The notes beneath the pieces were generated by a model. That model was not told where the DNA came from. It saw nothing but the letters and a program-made list of their open reading frames with translations, and did not search any database. The translations under genes were made by a program, and so were the position numbers. DNA of 64,000 nt from an uncultured Methanoregulaceae archaeon (GTDB lineage Archaea > Halobacteriota > Methanomicrobia > Methanomicrobiales > Methanospirillaceae), in assembly GCA_963737635.1 (NCBI GenBank), contig CAVTTL010000001.1:1824001-1888000 (forward strand). The letters run 5' to 3'. Shown here in pieces: positions 33,681 to 43,024 of the stretch. The first letter of the stretch is position 1. Every line of letters begins with the position of its first letter.

Positions 33681-33752
33681 GCGCCGATAGTGTAGTGGTT
33701 ATCACTAGGCGTTGCCAACGCCTAAACCCGGGTTCGAGTCCCGGTCGGCGCA
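33681..33752 (+). tRNA. tRNA-Gly (GCC)
   Basis: GCGCCGA/TCGGCGC acceptor stem, AGGCG-TTGCCAA-CGCCT anticodon arm, GGTTCGAGTCC T-arm; CCA not encoded. Confidence 0.97.
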
Positions 33753-33834
33753 CTCTGTTTTGATGTTCGAGGCGGTGCACTTTTATTATTGATCTTTATC
33801 ATAGCTAAAGCCTCGGCCGGGGTGGCACCACTTT

Positions 33835-34575
33835 TCAAGTCTCGATTTGCCTATCGCTTTTACCTAGATTGCACTCTTCGCAAAGCGTTTGAAGATTGTC
33901 TAAAGTACTCTTTCCTCCTTTGGAGAATGGGATGATATGATCTATATGTAATTTTGTTCCGAAATCAGTAGCGGGGCTTTTCCCGCAAAATACGCATTTG
34001 AAATTATCTCGAATGAGTACCTTCAGCCTCAAACTAAGCGATACATTTCTAGATTTTTCTCTCGAATATTCATCAGCTTCATTACTATCTTTAACAAGGA
34101 ATTCATCTCCATTAAATCTGACAAAATTTTCAGACGAAATTTCTCCACCCATTTGATACTCAATAAATTTTTGACATGCGGTAGTCCAACTACCAAACCG
34201 TCTTTTGTAAGCACCAATACTGATTTTCGGGTCTGATATTTCCCATTCAGTTCTGGAGGGCCGTTGACCAACTTTTTGCCATATCTTCCCCATTTCTTCA
34301 AACAAATCTTTATCGGAATAAATGCGTTGTGGCGCATGAGGACGTGGGAATAAGTTTAGTCCTTTTTTTTGAAGATTTGTTTTTAACGCTACCAGTCCAT
34401 TTTTCCAACTCCCATAATGATTCTGTATCGTGGATGCAGACATTCCGGAAAATTTTGTAAAATCTCGCTTCGAAAATTCAAAAAAATTAAAATGAATAGC
34501 TGCTTTTTCAAGTTCGTCCATTATCTTAGATTCGGAAAATTTATCGATTCGATGTCGTTGGAAATTAAAATCCAT
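33835..34575 (-). CDS. HNH endonuclease with two N-terminal homing-endonuclease-associated repeats
   Basis: Repeats ending HYGSW and RFGSW; C-terminal RDNFKCVFCG, HIDHIIPFSKGG, NLQTLCEECN; markedly AT-rich DNA. Confidence 0.9.
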   Translation of the reverse strand: MDFNFQRHRIDKFSESKIMDELEKAAIHFNFFEFSKRDFTKFSGMSASTIQNHYGSWKNGLVALKTNLQKKGLNLFPRPHAPQRIYSDKDLFEEMGKIWQKVGQRPSRTEWEISDPKISIGAYKRRFGSWTTACQKFIEYQMGGEISSENFVRFNGDEFLVKDSNEADEYSREKSRNVSLSLRLKVLIRDNFKCVFCGKSPATDFGTKLHIDHIIPFSKGGKSTLDNLQTLCEECNLGKSDRQIET

Positions 34576-34803
34576 AATTATGACAGAGGTTGTATCTTGG
34601 ATATATCAATTAATCTCAGATTCTGTTCTGAAAATACTATATTGTTTTCCATGTCGGATTTTTCCGAATAATTTTATCCTCGTCACATCCCCGGTCCGGA
34701 CGATGGGTAGATGTGCAGACCCAGGTATAGCCCGGCCTTCTCTCTGTTAGAGGATCCAAACCAGTCATGAATATATACCGAATAGTCAATATCCAATCAA
34801 ACG

Positions 34804-35352
34804 ATGTCGCTGATGGGCACCTGGACCGGCTTTCTGGACGTACTCAAAAAGGATCCGGAGAAGAGAAAGCAGTTGATCGGTGTTCCTGCATTCACACTCG
34901 CATATCCGGCAATGCAGCTGGTAATACGGTACATTCCCAATCCGCTTGTTCCCGGGGCCACTATCGCCCTGAATATGATCCTGCCGGTTCTTGCCGGTTA
35001 TTTTTTTGGACCGTGGAGCGGTGCCGTCGCCGGCGGTGTTGGGACAGGTATAGCATCATTACTCACTGGTTCAATATACACGGTCCTTGCAATCATTCCT
35101 CAGACTATCATGGGAGCGGTGGCCGGCTGGACCGGCAAGTACCGTTCCGAATTCCTGACCGCCTCAACCATCCTGATCGGTCACGCCCTGAATATCCTTT
35201 TTTACGTCGGAGCCGGAGTCACAACTATTCCCGCAGAAAAAGTAGGGATAACCCTTCTTGGCCTTGCAACAGAATCCATGGTTGACATCATCGCCATCGT
35301 TATCCTCATCCTGCTTTTGAAACGGTATCTCTATTGTACGGAACGATGGTAA
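34804..35352 (+). CDS. ECF S-component-like membrane protein (stand-alone)
   Basis: About 180 aa, 5-6 TM; AxxxA (AFTLA) in helix 1; IPNPLVPG...LAGYFFGPWSGAVAGGVG pattern. Confidence 0.7.
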   Translation: MSLMGTWTGFLDVLKKDPEKRKQLIGVPAFTLAYPAMQLVIRYIPNPLVPGATIALNMILPVLAGYFFGPWSGAVAGGVGTGIASLLTGSIYTVLAIIPQTIMGAVAGWTGKYRSEFLTASTILIGHALNILFYVGAGVTTIPAEKVGITLLGLATESMVDIIAIVILILLLKRYLYCTERW

Positions 35353-37217
35353 TGCTGCTGCAAAAACGGGTGGTTGAGGGTGCGAGAGTTGCTGTAATTC
35401 TGATTCTAATAGTCACGGCATGTCTGGGTGTTTTCCTGACACGGGACCAGCCCGGCCAGTGGGCAGAATTGTATGCGGATCTGTTTATCATTCCCATCCT
35501 TATTGCATCGTTCTATTATGGTCGTATCATCGGTTTATCAGTTGCACTGATATCAAGCCTCGTCATCGGCTCACTTGCCATCGGTACATCCAATCTGCTT
35601 GAGTCTCCTCTTGTTGTGCGGCTGCTTTTCCAGATCCTTATTTTCGGTGCCGTAGCGATTGTCACCACAGAACTTGCCGGGCGCGAGAGGGAATTAAAGA
35701 ACCGGTATCAAAATCTGTTTGAAGGCTCACCCTTCGGCCTGTACCGCACGACCCCTGCCGGCATAATCCTTGAGGTAAACCCTGCAATGACACAGATGCT
35801 AGGGTACCCGGATCAGGCCCTTTTGGTCGGGATGAGCATTGCCGATATTTATCTGAATCCGAAAGAGTGGGAACCGTTACAAACGTTAATTGAACGTGAT
35901 GGGATTGTCCAGGGGTTTGAAACACAGATCCGGAGACCGGATGGGATAATTATCTGGGTCAGGGATACGGTCCGGACTGCCCGGGATAAAGACGGTTTTG
36001 TGGAGTTCTACGATGGATCTCTCGAAGACATCACAGAACGCAAACGCACCCAGGATGCTTTGCGGGAGAGCGAGGAGTTCAACCGCAACCTTGTGGAGAA
36101 CCTGCCGGACATTATCGCAGTATACGACCGTAAGGGGATTGTCAGGTTCGCCAACCGGGCCGGGCTGAACGTATTAGGGTCTCCTTCGTCAAAAGTCGTC
36201 GGAAATCCGATCCTCTCGTTTGTCACGGATGATCAGCAAGGGGAGATGGAAAGGAAGATGAGCGCACGATTATCCGGTGCTCAGGTACCTTCCTATGAAA
36301 TTGATATCAGGACCAACAGCGGAGAGATCATCCCCACTATTCTTCAAGGAGTCCCGATCAGGTACCAGGAAGAACCTGCCGTGCTATTGCTTATAACCGA
36401 CATCACCGAGCGCAAACGGGCTGAGCAGATTCTTCTCGAATCCCATCGCGATCTTGAGAAGAAGGTCGCTTTGCGGACCCGCGAACTCTCGGAGGCCAAC
36501 CTCCATCTCCAGGAGCTCGACCGGCTCAAATCGCTGTTTATCGCGTCCATGAGCCATGAACTCCGGACACCGCTCAACTCCATCATCGGCTTTACCGGCA
36601 TCCTCGTAAAAGGGATGGCTGGGGAGATCAACGCGGAGCAGAAAAAGCAGCTCGGTATGGTACAGGATAGTGCCCGGCACCTGCTCGCGCTTATCAACGA
36701 TGTCATCGACATCTCCAAGATCGAGGCGGGCAAGATCGAAGCTGGCGCCTCGACCTTTAATCTTGCTGACGTAATGAACGAAGTGAGGAATACCTTTGCT
36801 CAGGCAGCACAGGACCGGGGACTTGTCCTCACCATTGAAATTCCCGGTCCCCTTGCCATCACCAGCGATGAACGCCGTATTAAACAGATCATCATGAACC
36901 TTGTGAGTAACGCCATCAAGTTTACCGATACCGGAAGGGTCGATGTAACTGTCGGACAGAAAGATGTAATGGTAGAAATCAGCGTCAGGGACACCGGGAT
37001 CGGCATCAAAAAAGAAGATCTGGAGGGGCTCTTTCGCCCTTTTGTCCGGGTGATGGTGCCCGGCCGCCTGACCGAAGGGACAGGCCTTGGACTGTACCTA
37101 TCAAAGAAAATCGCCCGGTTCCTCGGCGGGGATATTACCGCGAACAGCGAGCTGCACGAGGGAAGCGTGTTCACGTTTACCTTCCCGGTGACGTACGAGA
37201 AGAAGGAGGAACCATGA
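35352..37217 (+). CDS. Membrane PAS-PAS sensor histidine kinase
   Basis: 4 TM, two PAS/PAC units ending DITERKR, H-box MSHELRTPLN, NLVSNAIKFT, DTGIG, GTGLGL; TAATG overlap with upstream gene. Confidence 0.93.
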   Translation: MLLQKRVVEGARVAVILILIVTACLGVFLTRDQPGQWAELYADLFIIPILIASFYYGRIIGLSVALISSLVIGSLAIGTSNLLESPLVVRLLFQILIFGAVAIVTTELAGRERELKNRYQNLFEGSPFGLYRTTPAGIILEVNPAMTQMLGYPDQALLVGMSIADIYLNPKEWEPLQTLIERDGIVQGFETQIRRPDGIIIWVRDTVRTARDKDGFVEFYDGSLEDITERKRTQDALRESEEFNRNLVENLPDIIAVYDRKGIVRFANRAGLNVLGSPSSKVVGNPILSFVTDDQQGEMERKMSARLSGAQVPSYEIDIRTNSGEIIPTILQGVPIRYQEEPAVLLLITDITERKRAEQILLESHRDLEKKVALRTRELSEANLHLQELDRLKSLFIASMSHELRTPLNSIIGFTGILVKGMAGEINAEQKKQLGMVQDSARHLLALINDVIDISKIEAGKIEAGASTFNLADVMNEVRNTFAQAAQDRGLVLTIEIPGPLAITSDERRIKQIIMNLVSNAIKFTDTGRVDVTVGQKDVMVEISVRDTGIGIKKEDLEGLFRPFVRVMVPGRLTEGTGLGLYLSKKIARFLGGDITANSELHEGSVFTFTFPVTYEKKEEP

Positions 37218-37576
37218 CAAAAGCACTGGTCATCGAGGACAATGAAAAGAACCGGTATCTTATTTCTTTTATCTTAAAAGGGAATGGGTATGAAGTGATT
37301 GAGGCGATCACCGGAGAGGAGGGGGTTGAGATGGCAATCAGGGAACACCCGGATCTGGTCCTTATGGATATCCAGCTGCCGGGTATCGACGGATATGAGG
37401 CGACGCGGCGTATCCGGACATCTCCCGCCGGTGAAAAAATTCCTGTTATTGCGCTGACTTCCTATGCAATGGCTGGTGATCGCGAGCGGGCGCTTGCCGC
37501 CGGATGCACCGGGTACGTCGAAAAACCCATCAACCCGGATACTATCATAGATGAAATCCAAAAATATATCAGGTAA
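37214..37576 (+). CDS. Single-domain response regulator (DivK-like)
   Basis: IED, LMDIQLPGIDG, ALT, KP; ATGA overlap with kinase. Confidence 0.93.
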   Translation: MTKALVIEDNEKNRYLISFILKGNGYEVIEAITGEEGVEMAIREHPDLVLMDIQLPGIDGYEATRRIRTSPAGEKIPVIALTSYAMAGDRERALAAGCTGYVEKPINPDTIIDEIQKYIR

Positions 37577-37694
37577 CGTTATTACATCTCAAGGAAGGCT
37601 TTGTGCGATTGAACCGGGTTTGTTTTGAGGAAATCTGGGAGAAGAACAAAAGAATCAGGAATAAAAAGAAGGATATGCAGTGGTTGGAGCAAGC

Positions 37695-39188
37695 ATGAAG
37701 ATCCTGATCGCGGACGACAATACGCAAAATCTCTATATGCTCGAAGTACTGCTCAAAGGAGCGGGGTATACCGTTGTTACCGCAAAAAACGGGATCGAGG
37801 CTTTGGAAAAACTCCGTACCACCCCGGTTGATGGCATTGTTTCTGACGTTCTCATGCCTCGTATGGACGGGTTCCGGCTGATCCGGGAATGCAAGAACAA
37901 TCCGGTGCTCCGGCAGATTCCGTTCCTCTTCTACACCGCGACATTTACCGAAAAGAAGGACGAGGAGTTCGGACTCTCTCTTGGGGCGATCCGGTACATC
38001 ATCAAGCCGGCGGAACCTGAAGAGCTCCTCAGGGAGATCGAGGCCGCATTTTCAGAACATGCACAGCTCCCGAGAGATTACGCGACACAGCCGGTTGTCG
38101 ACGAAGGTACGTTTAGTCGCGAATACACGCAGCGGATCGGTCTAAAGCTGGAGAAGAGAAATCAGCAGCTTACCGAAAGTGAAGAAAAGTTCCGGATGAT
38201 CTACGAGAACTCCATGGATGCAATTCTCCTGACCAGCCCGGATGGCAGCATTCAGGCAGCAAATCCTGCGGCGTGTGCCATGTTCCAGCGGACAGAAGAT
38301 GAGATCATCAGGAATGGAGGAAGCCTGATTGTGGATATAACAGACCCCCGCCTGTTATCTGCGCTGGAAGAGCGCGATCGCACCGGCCGGTTTAAAGGCG
38401 AACTTACGTTCCTGCGAAAGGATGGGACACGATTCCCCGGGGAGATCTCCTCTAATATTTTTACGGATCGTACCGGGCAGAAACGGACGAGCACGATTAT
38501 CCGGGACACTTCTGAAAGCAGGAAGCAGGAAAAGGCCCTGCTGATCGCAAACCAGAAACTGAACCTGATGAACATGGTCGCGTGGCATGATATTTACAAC
38601 AAGATAACCGGAATACGGGGATATGTCGAGCTGAGTAAGGAGCATATTACAGATCAAAAAGCGAATGACTATCTCGCCCGGGAGGAGGAGATCCTTAAAG
38701 TAATCCATCAGCAGATTACGTATACCAAGGAGTACCAGCAGATTGGTGAGAAACCACCCCGCTGGCAGAACCTGGATGACCTGCTGAAAACCATCCTCTT
38801 CCGGGGTGTTGCGGGATCCATTACCGTCACCAACGAAGCAAAGAATCTGGAAATATTCGCGGATCCGGTAATAAAGAAAGTGTTCTGGCACTTGATCAAC
38901 AACACGGTAAACCATGGAGAAAAGGCAACAGACATCCGGATTACGGCTACTGAATCTGCAGCCGGTTGTTCCCTGGTATATCAGGACAACGGCGTCGGGA
39001 TTCCGGAGGACAAGCGACATGACCTTTTTACCAAAAGTTTTGGCAAAGTGACCGGGTTCGATCTCTTCTTTGTGCACGATATCCTTGAGATCTCCGGGAT
39101 GCAGATACAGGAAACGGGGGAGCCGGGAATGGGAGTCAGGTTCGAGATCGGTATCCCAAAGGGACTCTACCGTTTTAACGGAGGTTGA
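37695..39188 (+). CDS. Hybrid REC-PAS-histidine kinase-like protein
   Basis: ADD..SDVLMPRMDG..KP receiver, PAS, WHDIYN H-box, DNGVG. Confidence 0.88.
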   Translation: MKILIADDNTQNLYMLEVLLKGAGYTVVTAKNGIEALEKLRTTPVDGIVSDVLMPRMDGFRLIRECKNNPVLRQIPFLFYTATFTEKKDEEFGLSLGAIRYIIKPAEPEELLREIEAAFSEHAQLPRDYATQPVVDEGTFSREYTQRIGLKLEKRNQQLTESEEKFRMIYENSMDAILLTSPDGSIQAANPAACAMFQRTEDEIIRNGGSLIVDITDPRLLSALEERDRTGRFKGELTFLRKDGTRFPGEISSNIFTDRTGQKRTSTIIRDTSESRKQEKALLIANQKLNLMNMVAWHDIYNKITGIRGYVELSKEHITDQKANDYLAREEEILKVIHQQITYTKEYQQIGEKPPRWQNLDDLLKTILFRGVAGSITVTNEAKNLEIFADPVIKKVFWHLINNTVNHGEKATDIRITATESAAGCSLVYQDNGVGIPEDKRHDLFTKSFGKVTGFDLFFVHDILEISGMQIQETGEPGMGVRFEIGIPKGLYRFNGG

Positions 39189-39247
39189 TTCCGGTTGTCG
39201 CGTGTCACCCTCAGGTCATCGGGGTGCTGAGTGGGAAGGACACCGTG

Positions 39248-41683
39248 TCACGGTATACTACACCTGATCATCACATATTTGACTGCGTCGTTGATCACAA
39301 ATGAGAAGACAACGGACATCCCGATTACAGTCAGCGTATCAAGAGGTGGAATACCCGTAAGCCCGGGGATTCCTAAGGTAACCAGTATCCCGACGATGCA
39401 CATGTCTGCAAGGGTAATAAGGAACAGCGATCTGCTGGGAAAAGAGTCCCAGAAGTGTCCCCGTTCTCGGACCACAAAGACCGTGAGCAGCCCGAAGTAG
39501 AAGAGGATCGCAAACGAGAACGTCTGGATTGCCGCGATATGGCCGGCAAGACCGAGAGGTCCTAATCCAACGGCAAGGATCGCAAGGGATTCAAGAACCA
39601 CAAGAACTCCGAGGACAAGCGAAGACTTCACTAAGCCCGATATATCCCAGGTGTCCGGTTTTGTGGATCCCCGGACATTATCGGTCGAGAGCGACAGGGT
39701 CACAAAATCGATCACGAAGAGCAGCAGCACAACATCGAATACCGAGACGATGAACTGCCCGGTCAAGAGAAATGCTGCTACCACAAAGACGACGATCTGG
39801 AACGTCTTGACCACTTTGTTAATGATCCAAGTCAGCAGCCGCTGGTGCATCATGCGCCCTACGAGGACAAGGTCCACAATATTCCCCAGGCCCTCACCGG
39901 TAAGCACGACACTCGCCGCCCCCTTTGCCACATCGGTCGCGCTGCTGACAGCGATCCCCACTTCAGCCTGCCGGAGCGATGGTGCGTCGTTGATGCCGTC
40001 CCCGGTCATTCCCACAATATGGCCTTTCTCCTGCAGACTCTTGACGATCGCATACTTGTCCTGGGGATAGATCCTCGCAAACCCGGCGCTCTCTTCAACC
40101 ATCCGGGACGCCCGTTCCGGATCTGTTGTCTGCACCTTCTCAAATTCCTCGGCAGACGTGATCGTGCCGGAGAGACCCACCTGCCGGGCCGTCTCCTGGG
40201 CGATCGGGAGGGCATCGCCGGTCAGGATCTTGACGGATATCCCGAGATCTTCCAGATCACTGATGAGTTTTCCAGCATCAGACCGCGGCGGGTCATACAA
40301 GGCAACGAGACCAATAGTCTTCAGCGGTTTTCCCTGCTCGCTCATGGCAACGGCGAGCGTCCGGTACCCTTTCGCTGCAAAGCCGGCAGACTGAATCCGG
40401 CATGAGGCAGCGTCGGTCCCGGTTAGTTCCGTGATAGCGACAAGGGCCCCCTTGACCACCCGGTACTTTATCCCGTCCTTCTCTACCAGCGCCTCGGTTC
40501 GCCGGGTCGCCGGGTCAAACGGGACAAAGGATCGCCGGATGAACGCCTCAGTTGAAATATGCCGCTCCTTTGCCGCGACCAGAAAGGCACAATCGATAGG
40601 ATCGTGGTTAGCAGCCTCCGAGGCAAGCGCCCCGTACAAGAGGACGTCCGTCTCGGTCCACCTGTTCTCTGGGATAATGCCGGTAACGGTAAGCTGGTTC
40701 CGGGTGATCGTCCCGGTCTTGTCCGAGCAGAGCGTGTCCATCGTCGCGGCGTCTTCCGAAGCGCTCAGCCGGGTCACGAGCACGCCGCGTCGCGAGAGCT
40801 CCATCGACCCAAGTGCCATGGTGATGGTAAACATCGCCGGCAATGCAATCGGGATCGCAGAAGCAAGGAGCACGAGGGCAAGGGGGAGGACGTCCAGCAC
40901 GTCCATGCCGGATAGAAGTGACGCGACAGAGCCTGCCGCAACTGCGAGGACAACAATCACTACCAGCCATTTCACGATCTGGCCCATGACCTCTTCGGCC
41001 TGGAGCCGGGGGCGGGCAAACTGCACCAGTTCCGTTGTTTTTCCAAAATACGTTTTTGTCCCGGTTGTTACGACAAGCCCGGTTGCCTCACCGGATTTTA
41101 TGATCGAACCGGAAAAGAGTGTCGCATCTTGCTTTTTTGGAACCATGAGCGACTCGCCTGTCAGTGCCGATTGGTCAACCTCAAGGTGCCCATCGAGAAT
41201 TTTAGCATCGGCGGGGACGAAGTCTCCTGCCCGTATCCTTACAATATCTCCGGGGACAAGGTCCCGTGCCGGAATGATCTGCCAGGTACCGTCCCGTAAT
41301 GTACGGGCGTTGACTCGCAACCGCTGCTTGAGTGCATCGACAGCCTTCGATGCTTTCTGTTCCTGGAAAAAACCCAGGATTGCGTTTAATAAAAGAAGTG
41401 CAACGATAATGGAGACATTGGCATAATTCTTCAGGATAAGAGAGAGCACAATAACCGCTTCAAGCATCCACGCGGTAGGGCCGGAGAATTTTTTTGCAAA
41501 ACTGAGATACGGGTTGGGTTTTACCTCAGGGACTTCATTGTAACCGTAGAGTGCGATCCGGCGCTGGTGCTCAGCAGACGACAGGCCGGATTGAGTGTCT
41601 GTCGTAAGAGCAGCAATCAGCTCTTCAATTCCCATAGCCTCGTAACCGGTGCTTGTTCCCGCTGAGTCTTTTTCTTCCGGCAT
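39248..41683 (-). CDS. P-type ATPase, P3A (plasma-membrane proton-efflux) type
   Basis: DQSALTGES, ASAIPIALPA, CSDKTGT, DPID, MTGDGINDAPSLRQA. Confidence 0.9.
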   Translation of the reverse strand: MPEEKDSAGTSTGYEAMGIEELIAALTTDTQSGLSSAEHQRRIALYGYNEVPEVKPNPYLSFAKKFSGPTAWMLEAVIVLSLILKNYANVSIIVALLLLNAILGFFQEQKASKAVDALKQRLRVNARTLRDGTWQIIPARDLVPGDIVRIRAGDFVPADAKILDGHLEVDQSALTGESLMVPKKQDATLFSGSIIKSGEATGLVVTTGTKTYFGKTTELVQFARPRLQAEEVMGQIVKWLVVIVVLAVAAGSVASLLSGMDVLDVLPLALVLLASAIPIALPAMFTITMALGSMELSRRGVLVTRLSASEDAATMDTLCSDKTGTITRNQLTVTGIIPENRWTETDVLLYGALASEAANHDPIDCAFLVAAKERHISTEAFIRRSFVPFDPATRRTEALVEKDGIKYRVVKGALVAITELTGTDAASCRIQSAGFAAKGYRTLAVAMSEQGKPLKTIGLVALYDPPRSDAGKLISDLEDLGISVKILTGDALPIAQETARQVGLSGTITSAEEFEKVQTTDPERASRMVEESAGFARIYPQDKYAIVKSLQEKGHIVGMTGDGINDAPSLRQAEVGIAVSSATDVAKGAASVVLTGEGLGNIVDLVLVGRMMHQRLLTWIINKVVKTFQIVVFVVAAFLLTGQFIVSVFDVVLLLFVIDFVTLSLSTDNVRGSTKPDTWDISGLVKSSLVLGVLVVLESLAILAVGLGPLGLAGHIAAIQTFSFAILFYFGLLTVFVVRERGHFWDSFPSRSLFLITLADMCIVGILVTLGIPGLTGIPPLDTLTVIGMSVVFSFVINDAVKYVMIRCSIP

Positions 41684-41830
41684 CGTCTCACCGTTTTTAT
41701 TGAGAGGTCTTCACTTTTGGTGCGTCACAGACGGAGATAAACGTTGTGCGGGTTAAAGACAAATCCATTCAGCAGAAAGAAAGTGATATCCTGTGTGTAC
41801 ACTCCACCCGACGCCGTCACGATGGAAAAA

Positions 41831-42124
41831 TCAATAGTCTTTGTAGATCAGCCCGGTGATGTTACCAAGATCGTCTCCCACCGTCATCATATCATTTGTG
41901 TCTGAAAACGGCACGTTGTTGACATAAACGGCGAAGATAAGGCGCTTCCCGCTCTTCGTATCCACATAGCCGGCAAGGGACACGAGTGCGGTCAGGGCCG
42001 CATTGACCATCAGGAATGCGAGATAATACCGGATGATCGATAGTATCTCCTCCCGTGATTTCCTGAACGTTTCCAGCGGCCGGGAAAGGAGATCCGTTGC
42101 TTTCCGGATGATCGTATCCGTCAT
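41831..42124 (-). pseudogene. Chimeric remnant: YIP1-like N-terminus fused to a DacB/PBP4-like C-terminal tail
   Basis: KATDLLSRPLETFRKSREE...YYLAFLMVNAALTALVS followed by LAGYVDTKSGKRLIFAVYVNN. Confidence 0.55.
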
Positions 42125-42224
42125 AGAACAGGGCTCTACGGGAGGATATATAAAAAGGTGGTATTTTCTGAAAAACACATCTTGAAATATCCCGGCACCG
42201 AAGAGAGATGTGAGGCAAAACACC

Positions 42225-42885
42225 ATGACCACACGCGATCAGGACAATGCAGTTCTGGACAGGATTATCGGGGAACGCCGTTCCCACCGGAAGTTTACCG
42301 GGGAGATCCCCCCGGATGAGATGATCGAAGGTATCATCCATGCCGGACTTCACGCCCCGTTTGCAGCATCGGCGATCGGGAATACATCGGATTACTTCCG
42401 GAGGTTTGTTGTGGTCCGGAAGGATTCAAAGGCCATGAAAGAGCTTATCCCGCTCGTTTTTAACGAAGTGGTCGCCATGTCTGGTACCCTGGAACGCGAA
42501 ACGGCAAAGAATCCCGGTCTCCAAAACAAGGCAGCATCCTTCATGAACCGTCTTGCGATGATCAAAAAGATGGGCATGGTACCGGGAGTCGGCACCGCTC
42601 CGTTTTATGTCGTCGCCGCGGAGAAGAAAGGATTTCCTCCTGTGGAGATGCAGTCCCTTGCACATTGCATGGAGAACATGTGGCTCAAAGGCTACAGCAC
42701 TTGGTCTTGGGTTCCAGATAGTCTCGGTCACGGCTCAGTTGGCTGAGAATTCCCGGTTCTGCCGGATCCTCGGGCTTGAACCCGGCAGATGGGCTCTTAT
42801 GGGGTGTGCTACAGGATATCCTGCCGAGACGTTGTCTCCGTCGATCAGGCCATCGGTAAGTGAAGTTACTGTATGGCTGGATTAA
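42225..42885 (+). CDS. Nitroreductase family protein; apparent +1 indel ~42689
   Basis: IGERRSHRKF, AGLHAP, ENMWLK|ATALGLG, GYP. Confidence 0.88.
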
Positions 42886-43024
42886 GACTTTTTTAACATT
42901 TCACCCCGGAACCTTGTTTCCACTATCAAGGAAATTATATTCAAAAAGGGCTCAGGATCAATTCATTTTAAATTCAGGAAAATTTCAGAAAAATAGAGAG
43001 AAAACAATAAATGAACCCCTAAAA

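Noticed and set aside
34686-34702. TCCCCGGTCCGG as an attR copy of the tRNA-Gly 3' end
   Set aside because: Short, imperfect and made of the very common CCGG word; no integrase present
40431-41426. Long antisense ORFs (e.g. 40431-41426, 57825-58811, 10191-10970, 44106-45005)
   Set aside because: Shadows of well-supported genes in GC-rich coding DNA; no motifs
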